Assembly (NCBI GenBank): GCA_964357975.1
Contig: CAYHNG010000004.1
Span: 6,380-70,379, forward strand
Direction of reading: 5' to 3'
Source of the DNA: an uncultured Pseudomonadales bacterium
GTDB lineage: Bacteria > Patescibacteriota > Microgenomatia > UBA1400 > MFAQ01
Length of the DNA: 64,000 bases
Shown: piece after piece, positions 1-9,934 of the stretch
How the letters are laid out: each line of letters opens with the position of its first letter
Position numbering within the stretch: position 1 is the first letter of the stretch
The notes under the pieces: model-generated
Database searches by the model: none
Told to the model about the DNA's origin: nothing
What the model saw: the letters and a program-made list of their open reading frames with translations, nothing else
Position numbers and translations under genes: made by a program

Positions 1-372
1 ACCAAGTGCCGTTTTGAAGATTGTAAATTGAATTGGATAAACTTCAAAGATTGTTCACTTTCGAGATGTGTGTTTCAGCACTGTTTACTGGAAGGGTGTT
101 CCTTTGAAAAACAAAAGCTTCCCGGTTGTCTTTTTCCAGAATCGGATCTAACAGCGGTATACTTTGCCAACTGCGACCTTTCCGGTATGAACCTCACCAG
201 GGTAAACCTAAAAAAAGCCGTCTTTGACTATTGCAAACTAAAAGGAACCAACTTTACGGATTCAAACACTACTGGTGTCTCTTTTCAGGCTTGTCAAATT
301 GGTAAGACAATTCTCGACCTTGAAGGATTCATCCAGTTCGGTCTATCCAAAGGATTTGTTCTTCAGAGCTGA
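1..372 (+). CDS. Pentapeptide repeat protein (5'-truncated by window edge)
   Basis: Frame is open from base 1 (TKCRFEDCKLNW...). Periodic pentapeptide pattern such as SDLTAVYFANCDLSGMNLTRVNLKKAVF. Confidence 0.85.
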   Translation, partial: TKCRFEDCKLNWINFKDCSLSRCVFQHCLLEGCSFEKQKLPGCLFPESDLTAVYFANCDLSGMNLTRVNLKKAVFDYCKLKGTNFTDSNTTGVSFQACQIGKTILDLEGFIQFGLSKGFVLQS

Positions 373-385
373 TAAAATTGTGCAC

Positions 386-754
386 ATGTCGTCATCTCTT
401 TCCAAAGAAATGCTTCTTTCGTCGGTAATTTCCGGTGAAGTGGGCAAACTAAGTTCCAAACTGTCGTTCTGGCAGACCAATGTCGCGGCGGCACAAACCT
501 TGTGGGAATCGCCCGATTCGCTTTCATTGGAATCTGTACTGGACTCCATCGATCCGGAGGAAGATCTCCTTGAATCGGTTGACTTGGCTTTACTATATGG
601 CATGGGTTGGGAATTCATCTGGGGCAAAAAACCGCCTGAGGTTGTTAGCCAGCTACGTCGAGAAATCGTTCAGAAAGCCAGAGAGGGCATGGCTCTAAGC
701 GAATTGGAAACCTTGTGGTACCGGCTAATCTGTGTGGATACCGATATGTTTTAG
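386..754 (+). CDS. Hypothetical protein
   Basis: ORF 275..754. Likely ATG at 386, 7 nt after TGaTAAAAT. No recognisable motif. Confidence 0.55.
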   Translation: MSSSLSKEMLLSSVISGEVGKLSSKLSFWQTNVAAAQTLWESPDSLSLESVLDSIDPEEDLLESVDLALLYGMGWEFIWGKKPPEVVSQLRREIVQKAREGMALSELETLWYRLICVDTDMF

Positions 755-1542
755 CGTCGAATAAGTGTCCCGTGATGTTTTTCTCCTAAGATCGCCTTCG
801 TTAGCTCGTTCGGCCTGTTTCCGTTGATAATAATTGTTTCAAAACCTCGATCGGCCATTGCCAAACTCTCTCTCACTTTGTGAATCATTCCCCCCGTCAC
901 ATCAACCTTACCGGATGGGATAATATATTTTTCCACCTTCTTACTGTTTTTGCGGTTTATTTCCACAATAGTTTTTCCTGTTGAGTCGTATACCCCGTCG
1001 GTATCTGTACAATAAACAAAACTAATTATAAATTTCTTGGCCAATTTCCCTGCCAGAGCTCCCAGCACCAGCTCGGTCGAATAAATACAGGCGCCTACTT
1101 TCTTATCAAAAATAACGTCACCGTATAACACCGGTAAATAGCCTATCTTCAAAGCTTGTTCAATTGGGTCACAAAAAACCTCTTCGACTTTGAAGTTATT
1201 TGCCAGAATGCAACTCTCGGGAGAAAACGATACCACCGGTAACTTCTGGTCAAGAAATGACCTTATTACCACCCTATTTAGTTCAATTGCCCGGTCGGCG
1301 ACGATCGGGAAGCCCTTGAATTGTAACGATCCTTTGATACCCTCCTTCACTTTGAATTCTACTGCCGGCCTGTGGGCAAAAGATCCGGCACCGTGTGCCA
1401 CTATTATTTTTCCATCGAAGTTCCTCCGGACCTTTTTCAGCTCTCCAGCCAGCCGCTCTATCGTTTCCGGTCTGGATGTCCGGTCCTTGTTTTTGTCAGT
1501 GATCAGACTTCCACCCAGTTTAACTAATGCAAGTTTTTCCAT
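751..1542 (-). CDS. ipk: Isopentenyl phosphate kinase (amino-acid kinase family)
   Basis: VKLGGSLITDK, HGAGSFAH, PVLYGD, DTDGV and DVTGGM motifs. Start placed at MEKLAL (1542), downstream of TGaTAAACT. Confidence 0.8.
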   Translation of the reverse strand: MEKLALVKLGGSLITDKNKDRTSRPETIERLAGELKKVRRNFDGKIIVAHGAGSFAHRPAVEFKVKEGIKGSLQFKGFPIVADRAIELNRVVIRSFLDQKLPVVSFSPESCILANNFKVEEVFCDPIEQALKIGYLPVLYGDVIFDKKVGACIYSTELVLGALAGKLAKKFIISFVYCTDTDGVYDSTGKTIVEINRKNSKKVEKYIIPSGKVDVTGGMIHKVRESLAMADRGFETIIINGNRPNELTKAILGEKHHGTLIRR

Positions 1543-1576
1543 CACTGATAGTTTATCAAAGATATAATAGTAATTA

Positions 1577-2164
1577 ATGAAAACCATCACTTTCGTCACT
1601 GGCAATGATACTAAGGTCCGCCATGCCAGAGAAGCCATGAAAGGCTTTGAAATTGAACTAGTTGGCAGAAGACTTGATATCATCGAACCGCGAGAGGAGG
1701 ACCCTGAAAAAGTCGTCCGCGAAAAAGCACTGCAAGCGGCCAAAATAGTTAGCCTGCCATTGATGGTTGAAGACTCCGGTATTTTTATTCAGGCTTTGGG
1801 AGGGTTTCCTAAGACCTTTGTTCACTTTGCCGAAGAAACACTCGGTATTGCCAATATTTTGAAAATGATGGAGGGCGTAAAAAATCGTCATGTTGAATTT
1901 CGTCAGTCTCTTGCCTACTTCGAGCCCGGTATGGCTGAGCCCAAAATTTTTAGTTATATCGACGGAAATTTTACTCTAGCCGATAAAATCTGGGAGCCGG
2001 AATTTGGAGACACCGATGACTTTAATAAAATTCTAATTCCACCCGGAAAAAACAAAGCTCTCAGTACTTTTAGCCTGGAATGGCAGGCCGAAAGAGACAC
2101 TGAAGCAAACAAGGACACCATTCACTATCGGCAATTGGCCAAGTGGTTAGCGTCTAGGCTTTAG
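1577..2164 (+). CDS. HAM1/ITPase-family non-canonical NTP pyrophosphatase
   Basis: FVTGNxxK, EKA and VEDSGIFIQALGGFP motifs. The C-terminal SHR motif is not canonical. Confidence 0.8.
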   Translation: MKTITFVTGNDTKVRHAREAMKGFEIELVGRRLDIIEPREEDPEKVVREKALQAAKIVSLPLMVEDSGIFIQALGGFPKTFVHFAEETLGIANILKMMEGVKNRHVEFRQSLAYFEPGMAEPKIFSYIDGNFTLADKIWEPEFGDTDDFNKILIPPGKNKALSTFSLEWQAERDTEANKDTIHYRQLAKWLASRL

Positions 2165-2187
2165 CAGTCGACTTGACGGAGTGCCAA
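2161..2187. promoter_or_regulatory. CIRCE element (HrcA operator) overlapping the clpB -35 box
   Basis: TTAGCAGTC-N9-GAGTGCCAA versus consensus TTAGCACTC-N9-GAGTGCTAA. TTGACG -35 lies inside the spacer and TATTAT -10 follows at 17 nt. Confidence 0.8.
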
Positions 2188-2207
2188 AGTAGTTGTATTA
2201 TTTTTTT

Positions 2208-4334
2208 ATGGAAAATCCAAAACAAGAAGAGGGGAAACTCCTGGAGAAATATACCGTCAATCTCACAACCAAAGCTAAATCCCACCGGCTCGATCCGGTT
2301 ATTGGTCGGGACATGGAAATTCGTCGTGTCATGCAAGTTCTTTCTCGCCGTACTAAAAATAATCCCGTTTTGATCGGAGACCCCGGTGTTGGCAAAACTG
2401 CTCTCGTCGAAGGGCTCGCCAACCGTATCGCCGGTGGCGACGTTCCTGACTCGATCAAGGATAAAGATCTTTTGGTCTTGGATATGGCTAGTGTTCTCGC
2501 CGGTGCATCCTACCGAGGTGAGTTCGAACAAAGAATGAAAGGGTTGGTCGATGAAGTAATAAAAGGTGAAGGGAAATATATTCTATTTATTGATGAGCTA
2601 CACACCCTAGTTGGCGCCGGTGCCGCCGAAGGGGCTGTCGATGCCGCCAATATTTTGAAGCCGGCACTGGCGAGGGGAGAACTCCATCTCATTGGTGCCA
2701 CCACCATTGATGAGTATCGCAAGTATATCGAAAAGGACGCGGCTCTCGAACGGCGTTTCCAGCCCATCCTTGTGGAAGAACCCAGTCAAGAGGATACCAT
2801 TGCCATTCTCAGAGGGATCAAAGAAAAATACGAAATACATCATAAATTAAGAATTAGCGATGATGCTCTCATCGCGGCTGTTAATCTTTCGGTCCGCTAC
2901 CTTCCGGATCGCTTCCTGCCGGACAAGGCCATCGATCTGATCGATGAAGCCGCTTCTTCTCTCAAAATAGAAATTGAGTCCATGCCTGCCGTCCTGGATC
3001 TTCTCAAAAGAAAAATTACCCAAATCGACATCGAGCTTGCTGCCCTCAAGAAAGAAAACTCCGACTCGGCCAAGTCCCGCCGTGAAATTCTGGAAAAAGA
3101 CCGGGAGGATAAAAAGGTTGAAGCCGCCAAAATCGAAATTGCTTGGAAACAACAAAAAGGCATAATCGAAGAGATAAATAAAATCCAGTTTGAAATCGAC
3201 CAATCAAAAATTAAGCTAGACACGGCTGAAAAGGAAATACATCTGGAAGAGGCTGCACAGCTGAAGTATGGAACACTGCCCAAACTTCTGGAAAAATTAA
3301 ATGAAAAACAAAAGGAATGGAGCAGTATTCTGCCGAAAGATCGGGTATTGCAGCTGGAAGTCGATACCGAAGATATTGCTAAAGTTATCTCCCGCTGGGC
3401 GGGTATACCCATTACTCGCTTACTTGATTCCGAGTCTTCGAAACTCATTCATTTGGAAGAAGAACTAGCCAAGAGAGTCGTCGGTCAAGATAATGCCATC
3501 AAGGGTGTCGCCAATGCCATCCGCAGGTCGCGTGCAGGCATTTCTGACGAGAATAGGCCAATAGCTTCGTTCCTCTTTTTGGGGCCAACGGGTGTAGGTA
3601 AAACCGAGACCGCCAAAGCTTTAGCGCAAGAACTTTTTAGTGATGAGAAGGCACTGATTCGGATCGACATGACGGAATATACCGAGAGTCACTCAATTGC
3701 CCGTTTGATAGGTGCTCCACCAGGCTATGTAGGGTACGAAGAAGGAGGTCAGCTTACTGAGGCCGTTCGGAGAAAACCATACTCGGTTATTCTTTTTGAT
3801 GAAATCGAAAAAGCTCATCCTCAAATTTTTAGTGCCTTTTTGCAAATTTTGGATGATGGTCGTCTTACGGACGGCAAGGGGCACACTGTTAATTTTAAGA
3901 ATACAGTCATTATCATGACCAGTAATCTCGGCGGAAGTTTTGTCACCGATGAAACTTTAGATGAAGCAGACAAAGAAGCTAAAATGTTCGAGATATTGAG
4001 GGCCAGCTTCCGGCCGGAGTTTTTGAATCGCATCGATCAAATCATCACCTTCAAGCGTTTGGGTATGGATGAGGTGGCCAAGATTGTCGAAATACAGCTT
4101 GGGGAACTATCTCTTCGTTTGGCCGACAAAGGCTTTAATATTATCTTTGACAAATCAGTGAAGGATTACGTCGCCCTTTTTGGCTTCGATAAGATTTACG
4201 GCGCCCGCCCGGTGAAAAGAGTTATCCAAAATAAAATAGAGGATGAACTGGCCCTTCAGATTATTGAAGGAAAGCTCAAACCAGGTGTCGAGATCACTCT
4301 TTCAATAGCGTCAGGAAAACTCAGCATCAAATAA
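2208..4334 (+). CDS. clpB: ClpB disaggregase lacking the N-terminal domain
   Basis: Two AAA+ modules ([16 protein letters not shown]), coiled-coil middle domain, [13 protein letters not shown]. Begins at LEKYTVNLT. Confidence 0.9.
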   Translation: MENPKQEEGKLLEKYTVNLTTKAKSHRLDPVIGRDMEIRRVMQVLSRRTKNNPVLIGDPGVGKTALVEGLANRIAGGDVPDSIKDKDLLVLDMASVLAGASYRGEFEQRMKGLVDEVIKGEGKYILFIDELHTLVGAGAAEGAVDAANILKPALARGELHLIGATTIDEYRKYIEKDAALERRFQPILVEEPSQEDTIAILRGIKEKYEIHHKLRISDDALIAAVNLSVRYLPDRFLPDKAIDLIDEAASSLKIEIESMPAVLDLLKRKITQIDIELAALKKENSDSAKSRREILEKDREDKKVEAAKIEIAWKQQKGIIEEINKIQFEIDQSKIKLDTAEKEIHLEEAAQLKYGTLPKLLEKLNEKQKEWSSILPKDRVLQLEVDTEDIAKVISRWAGIPITRLLDSESSKLIHLEEELAKRVVGQDNAIKGVANAIRRSRAGISDENRPIASFLFLGPTGVGKTETAKALAQELFSDEKALIRIDMTEYTESHSIARLIGAPPGYVGYEEGGQLTEAVRRKPYSVILFDEIEKAHPQIFSAFLQILDDGRLTDGKGHTVNFKNTVIIMTSNLGGSFVTDETLDEADKEAKMFEILRASFRPEFLNRIDQIITFKRLGMDEVAKIVEIQLGELSLRLADKGFNIIFDKSVKDYVALFGFDKIYGARPVKRVIQNKIEDELALQIIEGKLKPGVEITLSIASGKLSIK

Positions 4335-4370
4335 TTTCTTTTGAGAATATCTATTTGTTAAAATAGACGC

Positions 4371-5258
4371 ATGCAAAGAAAAATCAGACGGGCAGTGATT
4401 ACTGCGGCCGGACTGGGTACACGCTTTTTACCGGCCACCAAAAACCTTCCGAAGGAAATGCTACCCATAGTAGACACTCCGATCATCCATTATTTGGTGG
4501 CCGAATGTGTTGAAGCCGGTATCGAGGATATCATTATCGTCATTCGTCCCGGAAATGAAGCTGTCATGAACTATTTCACCCCAAACAAGCAATTGGAAAA
4601 GTCACTTGTAGAAGCCGGCAAGGAAAAGCAGTTGAAGAATTATCTTGAGGTAGTTAATGAGGCTAATTTTATTTTTGTCCACCAAAGACCGGATCTTCCA
4701 TATGGAAACGGTAGCCCCATCCTTACAGTTAAAAGCTTGGTCAAAGACGAGCCTTTTGTTTTGTGCTGGGGGGATGATTTACTTTTAAACCCGGGTGGGG
4801 AAGGTGGGGTTAAACAGGTGGTCGACTTTTTTGTGTCACATCCTGATGCCTATGGTGTCATGGGTACGACCGAAGTTAACAAAGAGGAAATGGTTAGGTA
4901 TGGCATGGTGGAACTGGTTAGTGGTGGACATGAGGGGAGAATCAAGAAAATAATCGAAAAACCTAAGCCGAGTGAAATCACCAGTAACTTAGCCGAGTTT
5001 GGCAGAATGGTCCTGACTCCGGAAATTTTTAAATATTTGGTGGCTACGAATACGGGAAAAGACGGCGAGCTTTGGCTAATGGATTCCATCGAACAACTTC
5101 TCACCAAAAAACCGGTCTACGCCAAAAAAATTCAAGGTGAATTCTTAACGACAGGCGATCCACTTAGATTTCTGATCGCTTCTTTCAAGTATGCTTTGCA
5201 GAGGCCCGACCTGGCCACAGACCTGAAAAGCTTCCTAAGAAAAGAGATTTGCCCATGA
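4371..5258 (+). CDS. galU: UTP-glucose-1-phosphate uridylyltransferase
   Basis: AAGLGTRFLPATKNLPKEMLPIVD and EKP motifs. Confidence 0.9.
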   Translation: MQRKIRRAVITAAGLGTRFLPATKNLPKEMLPIVDTPIIHYLVAECVEAGIEDIIIVIRPGNEAVMNYFTPNKQLEKSLVEAGKEKQLKNYLEVVNEANFIFVHQRPDLPYGNGSPILTVKSLVKDEPFVLCWGDDLLLNPGGEGGVKQVVDFFVSHPDAYGVMGTTEVNKEEMVRYGMVELVSGGHEGRIKKIIEKPKPSEITSNLAEFGRMVLTPEIFKYLVATNTGKDGELWLMDSIEQLLTKKPVYAKKIQGEFLTTGDPLRFLIASFKYALQRPDLATDLKSFLRKEICP

Positions 5259-5281
5259 TCAGTTACAAGCTTAACCAAAAA

Positions 5282-5305
5282 ATAACCCGGAAATATCCGG
5301 GTTAT
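5282..5305. terminator. Intrinsic terminator hairpin between convergent genes
   Basis: ATAACCCGGA-aata-TCCGGGTTAT preceded by an A-run, which is a U-tract on the minus strand. Confidence 0.65.
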
Positions 5306-5310
5306 CCTTC

Positions 5311-5643
5311 TTAGCAAACCAATTTAAGAACATTACTGAGATTTGACTGATGCCCCTTTTCATTGATGCTTTTCATCCAACGTTCAATACTCTCAAAATC
5401 ATTCCAATTACGGGCATTTTTCACAATATCAATGCTACCGTAGAAAGTTGAAATAGACAAAGACACTTCGTTGTTTCGTAGGTCTAGTGTGTAAACAATT
5501 TCGTCTTTATGTCGGTCACCTCGACAGTTGCCCTGTAAAACCAAATTTCTTGTAGCCCCCACCACAGGAATATTGCCAGAGACTAAGCGATCAATCAGTT
5601 TTGTCAAAGCACGCTTTTCTTCAGTTGGAGCCAGAGTGTACAT
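5311..5643 (-). CDS. Hypothetical protein
   Basis: 110 aa ORF with AAGGAG SD upstream. Confidence 0.6.
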   Translation of the reverse strand: MYTLAPTEEKRALTKLIDRLVSGNIPVVGATRNLVLQGNCRGDRHKDEIVYTLDLRNNEVSLSISTFYGSIDIVKNARNWNDFESIERWMKSINEKGHQSNLSNVLKLVC

Positions 5644-5723
5644 TGCCTCTCCTTGTATCTTAAGTTTACATTCACGTTACCAGACCAAGAGGTGTGACGA
5701 CTTTCGTAACAAGATCTGGTGTG

Positions 5724-6014
5724 TTATTTCAAATTATCGCTAACCAAGTTCCAAATTTCTGCCATGAGCTTCATGGATTCCGGCGACAATTTTGTTTTGG
5801 CGTCAATTACCCATACAGGATTCGCTATATCAAGACCCTTAACTTTTTCAAAGTGGTTTGGTGTATGAAGAATGTAATGAAGTTCGCCCCACCAAATTGT
5901 GTACGGTTGAGGCTGATTATCTTTGATGTGTGACATTCCTACACCACTTTTGTTTAACAAGTTAAATAGTTCTCGTAGTTCTTCTTCGGTTTCATCGGGT
6001 TGAACGTTGACCAT
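5724..6014 (-). CDS. Hypothetical protein
   Basis: 96 aa ORF with GGAGG SD and an upstream TATAAT. Confidence 0.65.
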   Translation of the reverse strand: MVNVQPDETEEELRELFNLLNKSGVGMSHIKDNQPQPYTIWWGELHYILHTPNHFEKVKGLDIANPVWVIDAKTKLSPESMKLMAEIWNLVSDNLK

Positions 6015-6112
6015 GACTCCTCCAATTAAGGTTCAGACCGTTAAGTCTACCCCATATTATATACCAAGAACACACTTTAGACTAATATTTGATATACTAG
6101 TTGAGGCTAAAT

Positions 6113-7477
6113 ATGATCAATCTCAAAATTACCAAACTCGAAAAAAGCTATAACCAGCCTTTGCTGGATGATATTACGCTAACTCATACCGGCAACGGAG
6201 TGGTGGCTTTAATTGGAGACAACGGTTCCGGCAAATCGACTCTGCTAAAAATCCTCATGGGGCTGGAAGAGCAGGATAGCGGCAAGATCGAGTGGGGTGG
6301 GGAGGTACGAATTGGGTATCTTCAACAGGAGATTGATTCACTTCCAACCTTGTCCGGTGGCCAAAAGAAAATCGCTCTCTTAGCCGATCTCATCTACTCC
6401 AATCTTTACGACGTGCTACTACTGGACGAGCCGGACAACCATCTGGACATCGAAAACAAGCAGTGGTTGGCCAGCGCTATCGAGTCTTTTGACGGACTAG
6501 TTATCATGATTTCTCACGACCGACACCTCCTCAAACAAATTACTACTCATACTTGGCTGGTGGAGGATAGGGAAATTCGCACTTATCCGTTTGGATACGA
6601 AAAATTTGTCAATGAATACGAAAGAGAGCGGGAAAGTATGGAGCACCTCTTTCATGTTCAGGAAAAAGAACACAAAAGACTAAAAGAGCTGGTTAACGTA
6701 TTTAAGGCGAGAGCATCCAGTGGTCCCAAAATGGCTCGCTATTATCACGCTTTAGAAAAGCGCTTGGCCCGTTTTGAAGCTGAGATGGTAAAAGATCCCA
6801 AAAAACACGATGCTCATATTCAGCTTAGTACCGCTGTTTCCGGCAAACAAATCAAGCATAAAATTGCCATTATGGTGAAGGAACTGGATTTCTCATATCC
6901 GGATAATTCTGTTTTCGAAAATGCCGAGCTGTACGTTGAGGTGGGGGAAAAGGTGGCTCTAATCTCTCCCAACGGCACCGGCAAGTCGACACTCATCAAA
7001 TTAATTCTTGACCAACTCATACCCGCCAGCGGTGTAGCCAGAACGGGTGAAAATCTCAAAGTAGGTTATTACTCTCAGGAACATCTTGAGGCGTTGGACA
7101 AAGATTCTTCACCTATCGACTGCTTTACCCAAAGATTCCCTATAGCCGATTACGAAGCCGCCGCAGTCCTCCGTAAGTTTTATTTTAGTAAACATACCAT
7201 CAAGTCCAAGATTTGGACCCTTTCCGGTGGCCAGAAGGCTCGTTTGCAATTGGCTCTTTTCCTATATACAAATCCGGACATTCTAATTTTGGACGAACCC
7301 ACCAACCACTTGGATCTGAAATCGGTGGCGGCCCTCGAGGAATTTTTGGTCGATTACGAAGGTACGATACTTTTGATTTCCCACGACCACGATCTTCTCA
7401 ACAATGTCTGCGACATTGCCTATGAAGTCAAAAACAAAAAAATCGCCCTCAGCCCCAACTTCCTCAACGAAAACTAA
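6113..7477 (+). CDS. ABC-F family ATPase (ribosome-associated)
   Basis: Two NBDs (GDNGSGKST/LSGGQ/LLLDEPDNHLD and SPNGTGKST/LSGGQ/ILDEPTNHLD), helical linker, no TM segments. Confidence 0.88.
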   Translation: MINLKITKLEKSYNQPLLDDITLTHTGNGVVALIGDNGSGKSTLLKILMGLEEQDSGKIEWGGEVRIGYLQQEIDSLPTLSGGQKKIALLADLIYSNLYDVLLLDEPDNHLDIENKQWLASAIESFDGLVIMISHDRHLLKQITTHTWLVEDREIRTYPFGYEKFVNEYERERESMEHLFHVQEKEHKRLKELVNVFKARASSGPKMARYYHALEKRLARFEAEMVKDPKKHDAHIQLSTAVSGKQIKHKIAIMVKELDFSYPDNSVFENAELYVEVGEKVALISPNGTGKSTLIKLILDQLIPASGVARTGENLKVGYYSQEHLEALDKDSSPIDCFTQRFPIADYEAAAVLRKFYFSKHTIKSKIWTLSGGQKARLQLALFLYTNPDILILDEPTNHLDLKSVAALEEFLVDYEGTILLISHDHDLLNNVCDIAYEVKNKKIALSPNFLNEN

Positions 7478-7487
7478 CCACAAAAAA

Positions 7488-7509
7488 GGCACTCTGTAGT
7501 CAGAGTGCC
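7488..7509 (-). terminator. Intrinsic terminator
   Basis: GGCACTCTG-tagt-CAGAGTGCC adjacent to an A6 run (U-tract on minus strand). Confidence 0.7.
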
Positions 7510-7523
7510 GAGTTACAAGAAAA

Positions 7524-7775
7524 CTAGTCATAATGGAAAGCACGGCGTTCTTCGAGCTGGCTCTCCATTGGCAAAGAAAGTGAGTACACTTCCATCACTT
7601 TTTGCATGGGTTTGGCTTTTTCCTCCTCTGCTTTCTTTCGGGCATCCTCATTGGGCAACACATACACAGGAAAATCCTCATAGTCAAAGGTGTCACACAC
7701 GATAATCATATGTGTGGCGCTTTTTGTTTTTCCTTCATCAAACCAACGAGCTATTTCCTCTCTTGTAACGGCCAT
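7524..7775 (-). CDS. Hypothetical protein
   Basis: 83 aa ORF with AAGGAG SD and globular composition (THMIIVCDTFDYEDFPVYV). Confidence 0.7.
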   Translation of the reverse strand: MAVTREEIARWFDEGKTKSATHMIIVCDTFDYEDFPVYVLPNEDARKKAEEEKAKPMQKVMEVYSLSLPMESQLEERRAFHYD

Positions 7776-7808
7776 GTTCTACACTCCTTCGGCAGGGTGT
7801 CTGCCAGG

Positions 7809-8102
7809 TTAAGCTTTTTTTGTCGGGAACATCAGGATCAAAATGATCATCATGTAGCAACCGGGGATAAACCAGACCAGCCAGGTTGAGGCTACAAAGT
7901 AGTAGGCGATCAAGGACTTCACTGCAAAACTGCAAACTATGGCCATCGGTATGGTTGCGACCCAATTAGGAATCATTTCACGCTTTCTTAAAAGGACCAC
8001 GAGATAGTGAAGCAAGCTCACGGGTATCCCATACCACCCCCATGCCCAGATCGGCAATATCAAAAATGAAAGCCCAAACAATACGGCATAAACGTCTTTC
8101 AT
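7809..8102 (-). CDS. Hypothetical membrane protein
   Basis: 97 aa, strongly hydrophobic. GGAGG SD and TGgTACAAT promoter upstream. Confidence 0.65.
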   Translation of the reverse strand: MKDVYAVLFGLSFLILPIWAWGWYGIPVSLLHYLVVLLRKREMIPNWVATIPMAIVCSFAVKSLIAYYFVASTWLVWFIPGCYMMIILILMFPTKKA

Positions 8103-8183
8103 TCATACCTCCAATTCAATGTACTTATGGGATATTGTACCATGCACCTTCCCTGCACAGAAAATCCTGCTAAAATTGGATTT

Positions 8184-8510
8184 GTGCACAAAGTAACCGT
8201 TACCACTGACGACGTCAAAAAAATTGCCAAACTGGCCAACCTCAAACTTCAAAAAGACGAAGTTGATCTCTTTGCTGGGCAGTTTACAGAAACTGTAGAC
8301 GTGATTAATCGGTTAAACGAAATCGACACCTCTGACATTCCTGCCACGTATCAGGTAACCGGTCTAACCAACATATCCCGAGATGACATCGTAGATCATA
8401 AAAGAATACTTCCCCAAGAGGTCGCTCTCAGAGAGGCCAAACTTACCAATAACGGTTTTTTTGTTGTCCCTCGAGTTATAGACACGGACGAAACAGAAAG
8501 TGTTATCTAA
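8184..8510 (+). CDS. gatC: Asp/Glu-tRNA amidotransferase subunit C
   Basis: VKKIAKLANL and GFFVVPRV motifs, directly upstream of gatA. GTG start after TGcTAAAAT. Confidence 0.88.
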   Translation: MHKVTVTTDDVKKIAKLANLKLQKDEVDLFAGQFTETVDVINRLNEIDTSDIPATYQVTGLTNISRDDIVDHKRILPQEVALREAKLTNNGFFVVPRVIDTDETESVI

Positions 8511-9934
8511 TGAAACAACTACACGAGTTAACTATCAAAGAAGTTCATGAGGGGTACCGTTCTAAAAGTTTTTCCTGTGTTGACTTGGTTAAACACTTTT
8601 TGAGCCGCATCGAAAAATATAATCCCAAACTAAAAACCTTTTTGGCTCTGAACGAACACGCTCTGGAACAAGCGGCTGCCATCGACAAAGAAATCGCGGA
8701 GAAGGGGATTGATAGGGAGCTGCTCGGTATTCCCATGGCCATAAAAGATAATTTCCTTACCATTGGCATTTCCACCACAGCCAGTTCTCATATTCTTGAG
8801 GGTTATATGCCTCAATACGAGTCATCTGTTACGAGTAAACTGTTAGCGGCTGGTGCCATCTTTTTGGGTAAAACCAATATGGATTCTTTTGCACATGGTA
8901 GTAGCACCGAGACATCCGATTTTGGTCCCACTCATAATCCCTGGAACCCAGACAAACTTCCCGGAGGTTCTTCCGGTGGCTCTGCCGCCGCCGTATCTGC
9001 ACAACTAGCGACCGCCGCTCTTGGCAGTGAGACAGCTGGCTCTATTCGCCAACCGGCTGCTTGGTGTGGTGTCACCGGTTTTAAGCCCACTTATGGTCGT
9101 GCCGGGCGCTATGGTTGTATTGCTATGGCCAGCTCCACCGACTCACCCGGCCCCCTTGCCAAGACCGTTGAGGATGCGGCTTTAATCACCAAAGTAATTT
9201 CCGGGAAAGATCCTTTTGACGCAACGACCAGTCAGTTGGACGTTGAGAACTATCCAGACTTTTTGGGAAAAACAAACCTGAATGGTATTAAAATTGGTCT
9301 AGTCAAAGAATATTTGCTGGCAGACATGAGAGATGATGTCAAAAAGTTAATTCTGGATGCCGCCGAAAAATTTCGTTCACTAGGAGCCACTGTTGAAGAA
9401 GTCTCTTTGATGGATCCTAAATACGCCATTGGTGTCTACACCGTAGTTCAACGTTCGGAGGTTAGTTCCAACCTGGCCAGATTCGATGGCATTCGTTTTG
9501 GTCACACTCGCGGTTCTTTTGGTGAGGAAACTAAACGACGCATTATGCTCGGCACATATACTTTGTCTTCCGGCTACTATGATGCCTATTACAAAAAAGC
9601 CCAAGCTGTTCGAACTAAGATGATTGATCAGTTTGCCGAAATCTTTAAAACCTATGACGCGGTCATCGGTGCGGTCTCTCCCGGTCCGGCTCTTTCGATT
9701 GGTGCCACCAAAAACCAACCCATGTTTGGTGAGATGGAAGACATTCTCGTCGAGCAAAGTTCCGTCGCCGGACTGACTAGCGCCGGCGTCCCTTGCGGTT
9801 TTGTCGATGGTCTGCCCATTGGACTGCAGGTTACTTGCGACCAGTTTCAAGAGGCCAAAGCTTTGATGATCGCCGATTGTTACCAGAAAAACACTTCCTT
9901 TAATCAATTCCCAGACCTAGATAAAACTCTATGA
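8510..9934 (+). CDS. gatA: Asp/Glu-tRNA amidotransferase subunit A
   Basis: Amidase signature IKDN, PGGSSGGSAAAV, GSIRQPA, KPTYG. Confidence 0.95.
   Translation: MKQLHELTIKEVHEGYRSKSFSCVDLVKHFLSRIEKYNPKLKTFLALNEHALEQAAAIDKEIAEKGIDRELLGIPMAIKDNFLTIGISTTASSHILEGYMPQYESSVTSKLLAAGAIFLGKTNMDSFAHGSSTETSDFGPTHNPWNPDKLPGGSSGGSAAAVSAQLATAALGSETAGSIRQPAAWCGVTGFKPTYGRAGRYGCIAMASSTDSPGPLAKTVEDAALITKVISGKDPFDATTSQLDVENYPDFLGKTNLNGIKIGLVKEYLLADMRDDVKKLILDAAEKFRSLGATVEEVSLMDPKYAIGVYTVVQRSEVSSNLARFDGIRFGHTRGSFGEETKRRIMLGTYTLSSGYYDAYYKKAQAVRTKMIDQFAEIFKTYDAVIGAVSPGPALSIGATKNQPMFGEMEDILVEQSSVAGLTSAGVPCGFVDGLPIGLQVTCDQFQEAKALMIADCYQKNTSFNQFPDLDKTL

Noticed and set aside
2154-3884. Many antisense or alternative-frame ORFs in the track (over clpB, and likewise over gatA, dnaE, ppsA, uvrA and uvrB)
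   Set aside because: They are shadows of well-supported genes and have no motifs or start signals.
5311-8102. Integron cassette array explaining the small ORFans
   Set aside because: No attC-like RYYYAAC...GTTRRRY structures or intI were seen. The genes are dispersed and carry their own promoters.
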